A stretch of 64,000 nucleotides of DNA from the NCBI GenBank assembly GCA_045587105.1, contig JAZNBR010000056.1, forward strand, positions 479 through 64,478, written 5' to 3'. Below the pieces are notes generated by a model. The model did not search any database. It saw only the letters and a program-made list of their open reading frames with translations, and was not told the origin of the DNA. Positions 36,099-44,706 of the stretch are shown here, one piece after another; position 1 is the first letter of the stretch; each line of letters starts with the position of its first letter. The position numbers and the translations under genes are program-made. Source of the stretch: Ruminococcus sp. (lineage in GTDB: Bacteria > Bacillota > Clostridia > Oscillospirales > Ruminococcaceae).

Positions 36099-37271
36099 TT
36101 AGGTTTTTGCCGTTTTCGATTTACATTTATTGTTCCCGACATCGGATTGCGAAACGTCATGCTGTGTATCGGGAGAACTGTTGGTGTCATGCTCGAAGTA
36201 GAGCTTATAGAGAGTAGCAACAAGCGGAACACCAAGAATCATACCGAGAATTCCGAAAAGACCGCCGCCGAGAGTAACCGCCGCAAGAACCCAGATTCCG
36301 GGCAGTCCGATAGATGAGCCGACAACCTTGGGATAAATAAGATTTGTTTCAAGCTGCTGGAGAATAATCAGGAAAACAAGGAACAGCAAAGCCTGCTTCG
36401 GACTTTCAGTGCAGATAATAAACGCACTCAGTCCGGCACCGGCAAAGGCTCCGACAATCGGGATAAGAGCCGTAACTCCGACGATAGTTCCGCACATGGC
36501 GGCATAGGGGAGATGAAGAATTGAAGCTCCGATGAAGGTCAGAGAGCCGATAATGATAGCCTCGATAAACTGTCCGATGAAAAATCCGGTGAAGGTCTCG
36601 TGGGCAACAGAGAAGAAGTGATAAATCTTCCTTGTGGTCGGTTCGCTCATATAGCGATTCATGAGATGACGTGAGTCCTCAGAAAGCTTATCCTTTCTGA
36701 AAAGAAGGTATATAGCGAAAATTGCACCGAGAAGAATGTTTGTTACCGTAGCTGTGACAGCTCCGATAAAGGCGATTATTGAGTTAAAGAATCCGAATGC
36801 ACCGTCAGTAACCTTCTGGGCAATTGAATTAGTATCAAGCTCGATTTCGCTGAGCTGCTTGTAGATGTCCGGATATTCCTCAAGCTTTTTGAGTGCCCAG
36901 TCCTTTGTCTTGACGAAAAGAGGAGGTATTTCCGCATAAATGATCTTGATTGCACTTATAATCTCCGGAATAATAATGTTCAGTATAAGAGCGATGACCG
37001 CAATGACTATCGCGAATGAAAGAAGGATACAGACAGGTCTGCGGCTTCGCTGGATAAATCCGGTATTCTTTTTCGGGAAGTAGTGCTTTTCAAAGAAGCA
37101 CATGATGATATTGAAGATATACGCCATAATACAGCCGATAAACAGCGGAACAAGAGCTTTCAGTGCCGTGAGTGTAAAGCTCTGTATCAGACCAAAATTC
37201 TGTACGATAACACAGACTGCAACCGCAAGAAAGGCAATAAAGACGTAACGTTTTATTTCTTTTTTATCCAT
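36099..37271 (-). CDS. AI-2E family transporter (PerM/UPF0118)
   Basis: 390 aa, about 8 TM segments, characteristic family topology and length. Confidence 0.8.
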   Translation of the reverse strand: MDKKEIKRYVFIAFLAVAVCVIVQNFGLIQSFTLTALKALVPLFIGCIMAYIFNIIMCFFEKHYFPKKNTGFIQRSRRPVCILLSFAIVIAVIALILNIIIPEIISAIKIIYAEIPPLFVKTKDWALKKLEEYPDIYKQLSEIELDTNSIAQKVTDGAFGFFNSIIAFIGAVTATVTNILLGAIFAIYLLFRKDKLSEDSRHLMNRYMSEPTTRKIYHFFSVAHETFTGFFIGQFIEAIIIGSLTFIGASILHLPYAAMCGTIVGVTALIPIVGAFAGAGLSAFIICTESPKQALLFLVFLIILQQLETNLIYPKVVGSSIGLPGIWVLAAVTLGGGLFGILGMILGVPLVATLYKLYFEHDTNSSPDTQHDVSQSDVGNNKCKSKTAKT

Positions 37272-37394
37272 TTCAGAAATGTTCCTCCTTTTCTGGTATT
37301 TTTTTTATTTTATAACGTTTCTGTGATAATCCCGTGTGAAAATTATTAACTTTTTGTAAATAGGTTATCAATAAAATTTTTTGCAGCTTTTTTC

Positions 37395-37423
37395 TTTACA
37401 TTTTCATCAGGATGTGATATAAT
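37395..37423 (+). promoter_or_regulatory. Sigma-A promoter of ddh
   Basis: TTTACA (37395-400), 17-nt spacer, TGaTATAAT (-10 at 37418-23). Confidence 0.6.
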
Positions 37424-37458
37424 ATTTAAAAGTTTGTAATTCACAGGAGGTTATTATC

Positions 37459-38448
37459 ATGAATAAAATCAGAATCGGAATCGCAGGATACGGCAATCTT
37501 GGCAGAGGTGTGGAGCTTGCTCTCAGGCAGAACGACGATATGGAGCTTGCAGGAATCTTTACAAGACGCGCTCCCGAAACAGTCAATACGGCAACAGAAG
37601 GTGTGCCTGTATATCGTCTCAGCGACGCTGAAAGTATGAAGGATCAGATAGACGTTATGATAATCTGCGGCGGAAGTGCAACAGATCTTCCTCAGCAGAC
37701 TCCTGAGCTTGCACAGATATTCAATGTTATCGACAGCTTTGATACTCACGCAAGAATTCCCGAGCATTTCGCAAATGTTGACAAGGCGGCTAAGGAAGCA
37801 GGAAATCTTGCACTCATCTCACTCGGATGGGATCCGGGACTTTTCTCGCTCAACAGACTTTATGCAGAATCAATTCTCCCCAACGGCAAGAGCTATACCT
37901 TCTGGGGAAAGGGCGTAAGTCAGGGACATTCCGACGCTATCAGACGTGTAAACGGCGTAAAGAAGGGAATTCAGTATACTGTTCCCGTTGAGGCGGCAAT
38001 GGACGCAGTTCGTTCAGGAAGTCAGCCGGAGCTTTCCACCCGTGACAAGCATACAAGAGTCTGCTATGTTGTTGCCGAGGAGGGAGCAGATCTTGCCGCA
38101 ATCGAGAACGAGATAAAGACAATGAAGAACTACTTTGACCAGTACGATACAACAGTGAATTTCATAACTGACGAGGAGTTCGATTCTGTTCACAACAAGA
38201 TGCCTCACGGCGGCTTCGTGATGAGAAGTGCCATGACTGGCGACGGTGAAAAGACTCACCAGATGATTGAGTACTCGCTGAAGCTTGAATCCAATCCGGA
38301 ATTTACAGCAAGCGTGCTTGTCTGCTATGCAAGAGCTCTCGCAAGACTCAGAGCAGAGGGGAAAACCGGCTGTATGACAGCTTTTGACGTTGCTCCGGCT
38401 TATCTCTCAAGACTCTCCGCTGAAGAACTCAGAGCACAGATGTTATAA
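37459..38448 (+). CDS. ddh: meso-Diaminopimelate D-dehydrogenase
   Basis: 329 aa: IRIGIAGYGNLGRG, GWDPGLFS, WGKGVSQGHSDA. Confidence 0.92.
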   Translation: MNKIRIGIAGYGNLGRGVELALRQNDDMELAGIFTRRAPETVNTATEGVPVYRLSDAESMKDQIDVMIICGGSATDLPQQTPELAQIFNVIDSFDTHARIPEHFANVDKAAKEAGNLALISLGWDPGLFSLNRLYAESILPNGKSYTFWGKGVSQGHSDAIRRVNGVKKGIQYTVPVEAAMDAVRSGSQPELSTRDKHTRVCYVVAEEGADLAAIENEIKTMKNYFDQYDTTVNFITDEEFDSVHNKMPHGGFVMRSAMTGDGEKTHQMIEYSLKLESNPEFTASVLVCYARALARLRAEGKTGCMTAFDVAPAYLSRLSAEELRAQML

Positions 38449-38801
38449 GGCACCAGCGGTGCCCCCGATTCACGTTTCCGTGCTTCGCACTCTCTCTGTA
38501 CGGCATGGTCAGTAATAGCTCGCTCGCTTAGACTATTACCTCGGCAGCAGCGTGACGCTGCACCCAGTTCACGTTTCCGTGCTTCGCACTCACTCTGCAC
38601 GGAGCGAAAGTCTGCTATCGCATACGATAGAATTTTAATGCGGAATTCGGAATTGTGGTGTCCCTGACGGGACAAATTTAAAATATTATACCGGAAATTT
38701 ATATGTAACCAATTGTAGGGTCGACCATTGGTCGTCCGCATAAATGTCCGTATAACGCAAAATAACAAAAAAATAATGGCGACCATTTTTGTGGTCGCCA
38801 T
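38449..38801. repeat. Mosaic repeat cluster h
   Basis: Full long element (L+L') 38449-38645 starts right after the ddh TAA. It is followed by heptamers, B(+) 38656-38690, linker, GTAGGG-hairpin 38713-38740 and a terminator hairpin. Confidence 0.9.
38767..38801 (-). terminator. Terminator for the minus-strand lipoprotein gene (part of cluster h)
   Basis: ATGGCGACCA-loop-TGGTCGCCAT; on the minus strand it is followed by TTATTTTTTTG. Confidence 0.7.
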
Positions 38802-38808
38802 ACGTTTT

Positions 38809-39297
38809 TTACTTGATTATGAATTCAGCATAGACCATTTCTGTGTCAAAATCACCAGCATCTCTGAAATTCATAATTTCTTTTCCGATACGATATTTAC
38901 CGTCAGATAATTTACCATAAAGCCATTCCCAGTCTACATCCCATTGAGTGGTACTCTCTTTCTGAATAATCCATGCTTCAGAAGTCCATGCAAGTTGGTA
39001 TTCCTGAGGAAGATATTCAACATCCGCCCAGCCTGATTTTCCTGATTTCTGAATGACATAATAGCTTCCGGTGTTTAACTTTGCTGTATTTTCTCCGCCT
39101 GAATGGGTACAGACAATCGTCATGCCTTTTGAGGTTACATTTTCCGCTTTCAGGGTGATACCCCACTGGTTTGGTTTCGCATCGCTGATTTTATTTTCAA
39201 TGCTATTCTGAGATGTACTTCCGTCAGCTTCTGAGCCGCATCCCACAACTGAAAACATACAGACCAATACCAGAATTAATGCTATAATATTTTTCAT
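38809..39297 (-). CDS. Hypothetical lipoprotein
   Basis: 162 aa; lipobox FSVVGC; beta-rich body; no family recognised. Confidence 0.65.
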   Translation of the reverse strand: MKNIIALILVLVCMFSVVGCGSEADGSTSQNSIENKISDAKPNQWGITLKAENVTSKGMTIVCTHSGGENTAKLNTGSYYVIQKSGKSGWADVEYLPQEYQLAWTSEAWIIQKESTTQWDVDWEWLYGKLSDGKYRIGKEIMNFRDAGDFDTEMVYAEFIIK

Positions 39298-39336
39298 ACA
39301 ATCACGCTCTTTCAGGAATAATATTTTAATTCGTTG

Positions 39337-39547
39337 GTGTAGGGGGCGGTGCCTTCGACGCCCCGTTACGCACGGAAACGTGAATCGGGGACACCGCTGG
39401 TGTCGGGTGCAGCGTCACGCTTTCATATAAAAACCAACGCATTATGTTTCTAACGTATGCGATAGCAGACTGCCGTTCCGTACAGAGTAAGTGCGTTTAC
39501 GCACGGAAACGTGAGCTGGGTGCAGCGTCACGCTGCCCGCTGGTGCC
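39337..39547. repeat. Mosaic repeat cluster i
   Basis: GTAGGG-hairpin 39338-39366, a partial L(-), and a full L'(-) 39445-39547 whose nested hairpin ends 1 nt from the anti-sigma stop codon. Confidence 0.9.
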
Positions 39548-39548
39548 A

Positions 39549-42071
39549 TTAAAATACAGCTTCGTCTATAACCTGCATTGTTTCAATGTCAAATGAAATA
39601 AACTTGCTTCCGCAGAGAATATACGCATAATCCCCTACATATACAGAGCGGCAGAAAATATCATTTTCGCTGTATTCTTCAATCTCACTGTCAATAGTTC
39701 CTCTGTACACGAATTCTCCGTCCACGAAATTGAAGAACGCATAGCCGCTTTCATACTCCAGATATTCGTAATCGTAAGCCCATGTTTCCTTCATTATCGG
39801 CACACCGATGAGATTCTTCTCCGGAGCGATAAGCAGAGCCTTTCTCTCCCATACAGCCACGGAATTTATCCAGCTGTTGTCGTCCTGAAGTATCTCGTAT
39901 GTGTCGATAGCGTCAAGGTTGTAGGGGTCGGAATTGTCGAACATTGTCAGCTTGATACCCTGTTCGATGCCGTCCTCGTCAGCGGCTACACCGAAGCCGA
40001 GAAGCATTCCTTCCTCCCACTGCTGCATATAGGTGCTGTATCCAAGAATCTTGAATTCGTCCATGATTGTCGGGTTTGCCGGATCGCTGAGGTCAATTGC
40101 AAAGAGGGGATCTGTCTGCTCGTAGGTCACGACATAGGCTGTATTTCCGCTGAAATTAACGGACTTTATCTCCTCGTTAACGCCGAAATCAGTCAGACTT
40201 CCCACGATATTCATATCCATATCAAGAACATAAACACGGTTGTCACGCTTTGTGTGGGTATGCGATACAAAGCTCTCAGTGTGGGCTTTTCCGTTTTCAT
40301 CGTACCATGTGTATTCCTGTTCCTTGTCCTCGTAGGAATCCTTTGTGGTCGCAATGCGGAAGTATCCGCCGTATTCGCTCATTGAGAACTGATCCTTGAT
40401 TCTGCCCTCTACCTTGCCGTTTGCCGCAGGAGTAATGCTTCCGCCGCCGATAGCAATTCTTGTGATTTCTGTATCATCCCAGCCGATCGTGGTGTAGAGA
40501 TTTCCGGCAGAGCTGTAAATTTCGCCTGTATAACCGGCAAGAGCCTTTGAATCAACGGCTGTGATTTCGCCGGAAGTGTTGAGGTCGATACTGCCGATAA
40601 CTGTGCAGCTGAAAGTATTTCCCTCCTCAAGCTCCTCCTCAGGCATGAGGATATCCTCAGGTGCAAGGAATGTCGCAGACTTGCTCACGCCGCACTTTGG
40701 AACATAGCTGTCAAGCTGTTCCTCGTCGTCAATGTGGCTGAACTGCTGTGTTGTGTAGTCGGAAACGAGGTACATAATTCCGTCAGGAGCAATTCTCACG
40801 TCATCGTAGGAGCCTTCCTGATAGTATGTGTCGATAAGCTCCGGAGATTCGCCTGTTGTGTATACCGATACGAAAACTGCACTCTTTGTGCTGAAATAAG
40901 TTGATTCAGGTGTCTTGATCCTGTCACCGATGAGCGTATCAAATATAATATTTCCGCTGTTATATTCTTCATCTTTGCTGCCGGAAACAGTTCCCACAAC
41001 GAGAAGCATATCGTTGTAGAGATACATATCGTTGACGTAAAGGCTCTTTTCGGTGTAGCCCTCTCCGAAAGCGTAGTCGGAAGTAACCTCGATGTCGATA
41101 GCCTCCGCAGAAGTGAACTCTCCGTCATCAACAGCGGCGATATTCAGCTTTGCGGATGTTCCGTTATAGTAGGAGCTGAGACCGAGACGGTATTCAAGAG
41201 CTCCATTTTCGCTGTTATACAGATAGTAGATGTATTCGCCGTCTGTCTTTACGATATCAGCTTCAAGAACGCCCTCCTCCTGATTGTGAGTTTCGGAATG
41301 CTCAGGAGCTTCTTCTTCGTCATCTGATACAGGAGGCTCATCTTCCGGTATTGTTTCAGTAGCAGCGTCAGTAGCGGGTTCAACCGGCGGTTCTTCTGGA
41401 ACAGTTTCAACCGGAGGTTCTTCGGGAGCTATCTCTGTTGCCGGTTCTTCGGGAGCGGTTTCCGGTGCGTCCTGTCTCAGATCTTCATATTCTGCCGCCG
41501 GAACGGTTTCTGGCTGAGGAGCTTCTGCCGCACCATCGGAAGCGGAGTAGTCACCCTTGCCGACAGCGTCTGACGTACCATTTGTTACGGTCGAGTTTGT
41601 ATCGACTGCTGATTCAAAGTAGACTTCATTTTTAACCATATCATCGTAATTTGTGAACTTATGATTCTCGTTATACTTTTCCTCAGCTTTTTTATACAGC
41701 TGGTATACTTCCTTGTAACCGGAAGCTCCGCTCATGTAAGAAGCCTGAACGTTTACGGTGAGATCATCGTCGTCGCCGAGATTGAAAACAGGCAGCTCCG
41801 GAAGCTTCTTGTCAGTGGTGGTTTCAACTTCTGATGTATTTTTTCCTTTATTAAATGAATCCCTTTGTCCTGCAAAATAAACCGATGTTCCGCAGATTAC
41901 CGCACAGGCTGCCGCACCTGCCGTAATTCTTCCGGCGGTTTTCTTTATATTTCTTCTCTTTTTCGCCGGAGCCTTTTCGTCCAGCATGATTTTTATATTC
42001 TCCGGCTCAAGCTCAACCGGAATCGGCTTGTTGTTGAGTGTCTCTCTGATTTTTTCATCGTTTGTACTCAT
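39549..42071 (-). CDS. Membrane anti-sigma factor with a large extracellular beta-propeller domain (Beta_propel/COG4880-like)
   Basis: ORF 39549..42173 trimmed to ATG 42071 behind AAGGAG, 15 nt after the sigma stop. Short cytoplasmic N-terminus, one TM segment, Pro/Glu linker, then EADIVKTDGEYIYYL-type propeller. Confidence 0.75.
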   Translation of the reverse strand: MSTNDEKIRETLNNKPIPVELEPENIKIMLDEKAPAKKRRNIKKTAGRITAGAAACAVICGTSVYFAGQRDSFNKGKNTSEVETTTDKKLPELPVFNLGDDDDLTVNVQASYMSGASGYKEVYQLYKKAEEKYNENHKFTNYDDMVKNEVYFESAVDTNSTVTNGTSDAVGKGDYSASDGAAEAPQPETVPAAEYEDLRQDAPETAPEEPATEIAPEEPPVETVPEEPPVEPATDAATETIPEDEPPVSDDEEEAPEHSETHNQEEGVLEADIVKTDGEYIYYLYNSENGALEYRLGLSSYYNGTSAKLNIAAVDDGEFTSAEAIDIEVTSDYAFGEGYTEKSLYVNDMYLYNDMLLVVGTVSGSKDEEYNSGNIIFDTLIGDRIKTPESTYFSTKSAVFVSVYTTGESPELIDTYYQEGSYDDVRIAPDGIMYLVSDYTTQQFSHIDDEEQLDSYVPKCGVSKSATFLAPEDILMPEEELEEGNTFSCTVIGSIDLNTSGEITAVDSKALAGYTGEIYSSAGNLYTTIGWDDTEITRIAIGGGSITPAANGKVEGRIKDQFSMSEYGGYFRIATTKDSYEDKEQEYTWYDENGKAHTESFVSHTHTKRDNRVYVLDMDMNIVGSLTDFGVNEEIKSVNFSGNTAYVVTYEQTDPLFAIDLSDPANPTIMDEFKILGYSTYMQQWEEGMLLGFGVAADEDGIEQGIKLTMFDNSDPYNLDAIDTYEILQDDNSWINSVAVWERKALLIAPEKNLIGVPIMKETWAYDYEYLEYESGYAFFNFVDGEFVYRGTIDSEIEEYSENDIFCRSVYVGDYAYILCGSKFISFDIETMQVIDEAVF

Positions 42072-42085
42072 ATTGCAAACTCCTT

Positions 42086-42595
42086 TCACGGCACATCCGG
42101 CGTCAGCTGAAGCCGCAGGACCTTTTTTATCGCTGACAGCCTTGCCCTTACCGTACTTGCTTTTATATTGCATATTTCTGATATTTCTTCGCTTGAATAT
42201 CCTCCTAAAACGGACATCGACAGAAGCAGTCTGGAGCCTGTATCAAGCTTTTCAATCGACTCTTTCAGCTCGACTGACTCGAAGTCAAATTCGTTTATGG
42301 ATGTATCCTCTTTAAGTTCGTCAGGAACTTCAAAATAATTCCGCTGGATCTTCTTTATTTTCGCAGAAAGTATCTTCATTATCCAGCCGCGGAAGCTTTC
42401 TGGTTTTTTCAGTTTCTTTATTGAGCAGAAGGCGTCCAGTACAGTTTCGCTCACGGCGTCTGAGGCGTCGTGGGAGCTTCTCAGGCTATACAGTGCGATA
42501 TGGTACATATCCTTGTAGACCTTTGCGTATAGTCTTGAGAAGGCTTCACTGCTGCCCTGCTGTGCAAGACGGACATCTGCGGAGAAATCATTCAT
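42086..42595 (-). CDS. ECF (group IV sigma-70) RNA polymerase sigma factor
   Basis: 169 aa with regions 2 and 4 recognisable (FSRLYAKVYKDMYHIA...; LLLSMSVLGGYSSEEISEI). Confidence 0.88.
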   Translation of the reverse strand: MNDFSADVRLAQQGSSEAFSRLYAKVYKDMYHIALYSLRSSHDASDAVSETVLDAFCSIKKLKKPESFRGWIMKILSAKIKKIQRNYFEVPDELKEDTSINEFDFESVELKESIEKLDTGSRLLLSMSVLGGYSSEEISEICNIKASTVRARLSAIKKVLRLQLTPDVP

Positions 42596-42663
42596 TACAA
42601 TTCCCTCCTTTGAATCGATTCATGAATATAGTGTCAGAAACGGGACAAATTGACAATCAGCAG

Positions 42664-42718
42664 ATAAAAAATCGGCTATATGCACAAAATGCCACACAGC
42701 GAATTGTACATATAGCCG
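42664..42718 (-). terminator. Strong terminator downstream of glk
   Basis: CGGCTATATGYACA stem pair. The minus-strand hairpin is followed by ATTTTTTAT. It is a sequence relative of the terminator at 52922-52978. Confidence 0.75.
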
Positions 42719-42793
42719 AAAAAGTCATAGGTTAAAGGCGATACCTCACAGCTTTTGTGCAAAGCCGTCAGGCGTGCTTTGTGCGGTATTGCC

Positions 42794-43750
42794 TTAAGCG
42801 TTTGCCTTTCCGAGGAATGCCGCACCGATGATTCCGGCGTCGTTGCCGAGCTTTGCAATAACAATCTCAGCGTTCTTCTCGGAATTTCTTGTGTAAACTT
42901 CTTCCTTTACAAGTGCCTTTACAGGGAGAAGCAGAGGATCGCCCTCGTTGCACACGCCGCCGCCGATGCAGAGTACATCAGGCTGGAAGATGTTGATTGT
43001 ATTTGTGATTCCTGCTGCAAGATACTTTATGTACTTGTCAACGACATCCTTTGCAGCCTTGTCGCCGGCTCTCATTGCGTCGAAGGATGTTCTTGCAGTC
43101 ACCTTGTTCTTCTCAGCAGCCATTTCTGCCATTGTGCAGTCGGGGAACATCTCAATAGCTTCCTTTGTCATTCTGATAAGTCCTGTTGCTGAGGAATATG
43201 CCTCAAAGCAGCCCTTTCTTCCGCATGAGCACTGTGCTCCGTCAACCTCGATAACAGTGTGACCTATCTCAGCACCGGCAAAGTTTGAGCCGGAATAAAT
43301 CTTTCCGTCAACGATGATTCCGCCGCCTACGCCTGTTCCGAGCGTGATACATACTGCATTCTTCGCACCCTTTGCCGCACCTGCAACGTATTCGCCGTAT
43401 GCAGCTGCATTTGCGTCGTTCTCGATGAATACCGGCTTGTCGATTGTCTCCTGAATGTACTTCACCATGGGAGTATTCTTGAAGCCGAGATTGTTTGAGT
43501 ACTCGATGATTCCTGTTGCACTGTTTGCGATGCCGGGAGTTCCCACGCCAATCCACTCGATATCGTCGATAGTGAGGTCAGCGTTCTTTACTGCCTGAAG
43601 TGCAACTCTTGCCATATCGTCAGCGATTTCCTTTTCAGGACGCGGACAGTTTGTCTTTGTGCTTGCCTTTGCGATGATGTTGTATTCCTCGTCAACTACT
43701 CCTGCAACGATATTTGTACCGCCAAGGTCAATTCCTACATAGTATTTCAT
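42794..43750 (-). CDS. glk: ROK-family glucokinase
   Basis: ORF trimmed to ATG 43750 (MKYYVGIDLGGTN...) behind AGGAGGA. ROK motifs and the CxCGxxGC zinc site (CSCGRKGC). Confidence 0.9.
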   Translation of the reverse strand: MKYYVGIDLGGTNIVAGVVDEEYNIIAKASTKTNCPRPEKEIADDMARVALQAVKNADLTIDDIEWIGVGTPGIANSATGIIEYSNNLGFKNTPMVKYIQETIDKPVFIENDANAAAYGEYVAGAAKGAKNAVCITLGTGVGGGIIVDGKIYSGSNFAGAEIGHTVIEVDGAQCSCGRKGCFEAYSSATGLIRMTKEAIEMFPDCTMAEMAAEKNKVTARTSFDAMRAGDKAAKDVVDKYIKYLAAGITNTINIFQPDVLCIGGGVCNEGDPLLLPVKALVKEEVYTRNSEKNAEIVIAKLGNDAGIIGAAFLGKANA

Positions 43751-43752
43751 TT

Positions 43753-44706
43753 TTAAATCCTCCTGTTTATTGTTGTCATAATTAAACTGCATGTGCCTTT
43801 TATATTAACTGTACCTGTTCCTGCCGGAACAAATACGCTTGAGCCTTTTTTAACGGGAATCCCCGATATATCGCCTTCTCCGTCCATTACAAGAACGTGT
43901 ATGAAGGTATCTGAGACATTGAATTTAAATTCATCTGATATGTCATACTTTGTTGTAATGAAGTATTCGCATTCACACAGCGGACGGCACTCTGCACCGG
44001 AAAGACTTTTCTTCTCCGGCTGTCCGTATTTTTCAGAAGGCGGCTCCGGCTTCGTGACCTCAAGAGCCTTTTCAATGTGAAGCTCTCTCGGCTTTCCGTC
44101 TGCACCGATACGTCCGTAATCGTAAACACGATACGTCACGTTTGAACTCTGCTGAATCTCAGCGATAAGGATTCCCTTTCCGATTGCATGGAGAGTTCCC
44201 GGCGTGATGAAGAATACATCGCCCTTATGAACCTTCACACGATTGAGCTTGTCAAGGAGCGTATTTTCCTCAATTGCCTTCCGGAATTCTTCCTTCGTGA
44301 TAGTCTCCTTAAAGCCGTAGATAAGCTCCGCACCCTCGTCGCACTCAGCGATGTACCACATTTCGGTCTTGCCGTTGTCGCCCTCGTATTTCCGTGCGTA
44401 TTCGTTATCGGGATGAACCTGAACAGACAGATTATCCCTTGCGTCGATAAGCTTTATGAGAATCGGGAATTCCCCGAAAGCCGTGCAGTCTGTTCTGAAT
44501 GCTTCGGGATGCTTCCTGAGAAAAGCGTCAAGCGTCATTCCGCTGAATTCTCCGCCTGATATAACGCTCATGCCGTCCTTGTGACAGCTAAGCTCCCAGC
44601 TTTCTGCGAGCCTGTCAAGACTGCTTTCCTTACCGAATTCCTCTCTCAGTCTTGTTCCGCCCCAGATGTAGTCCTTAATCGGCGGTATAAGTTCAAATGG
44701 CTTCAT
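43753..44706 (-). CDS. manA: Mannose-6-phosphate isomerase, class I
   Basis: ORF trimmed to ATG 44706 (MKPFELIPPIKDYIWGG...) behind GGAGGA. Motifs QVHPD and HAIGKG. Confidence 0.88.
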   Translation of the reverse strand: MKPFELIPPIKDYIWGGTRLREEFGKESSLDRLAESWELSCHKDGMSVISGGEFSGMTLDAFLRKHPEAFRTDCTAFGEFPILIKLIDARDNLSVQVHPDNEYARKYEGDNGKTEMWYIAECDEGAELIYGFKETITKEEFRKAIEENTLLDKLNRVKVHKGDVFFITPGTLHAIGKGILIAEIQQSSNVTYRVYDYGRIGADGKPRELHIEKALEVTKPEPPSEKYGQPEKKSLSGAECRPLCECEYFITTKYDISDEFKFNVSDTFIHVLVMDGEGDISGIPVKKGSSVFVPAGTGTVNIKGTCSLIMTTINRRI

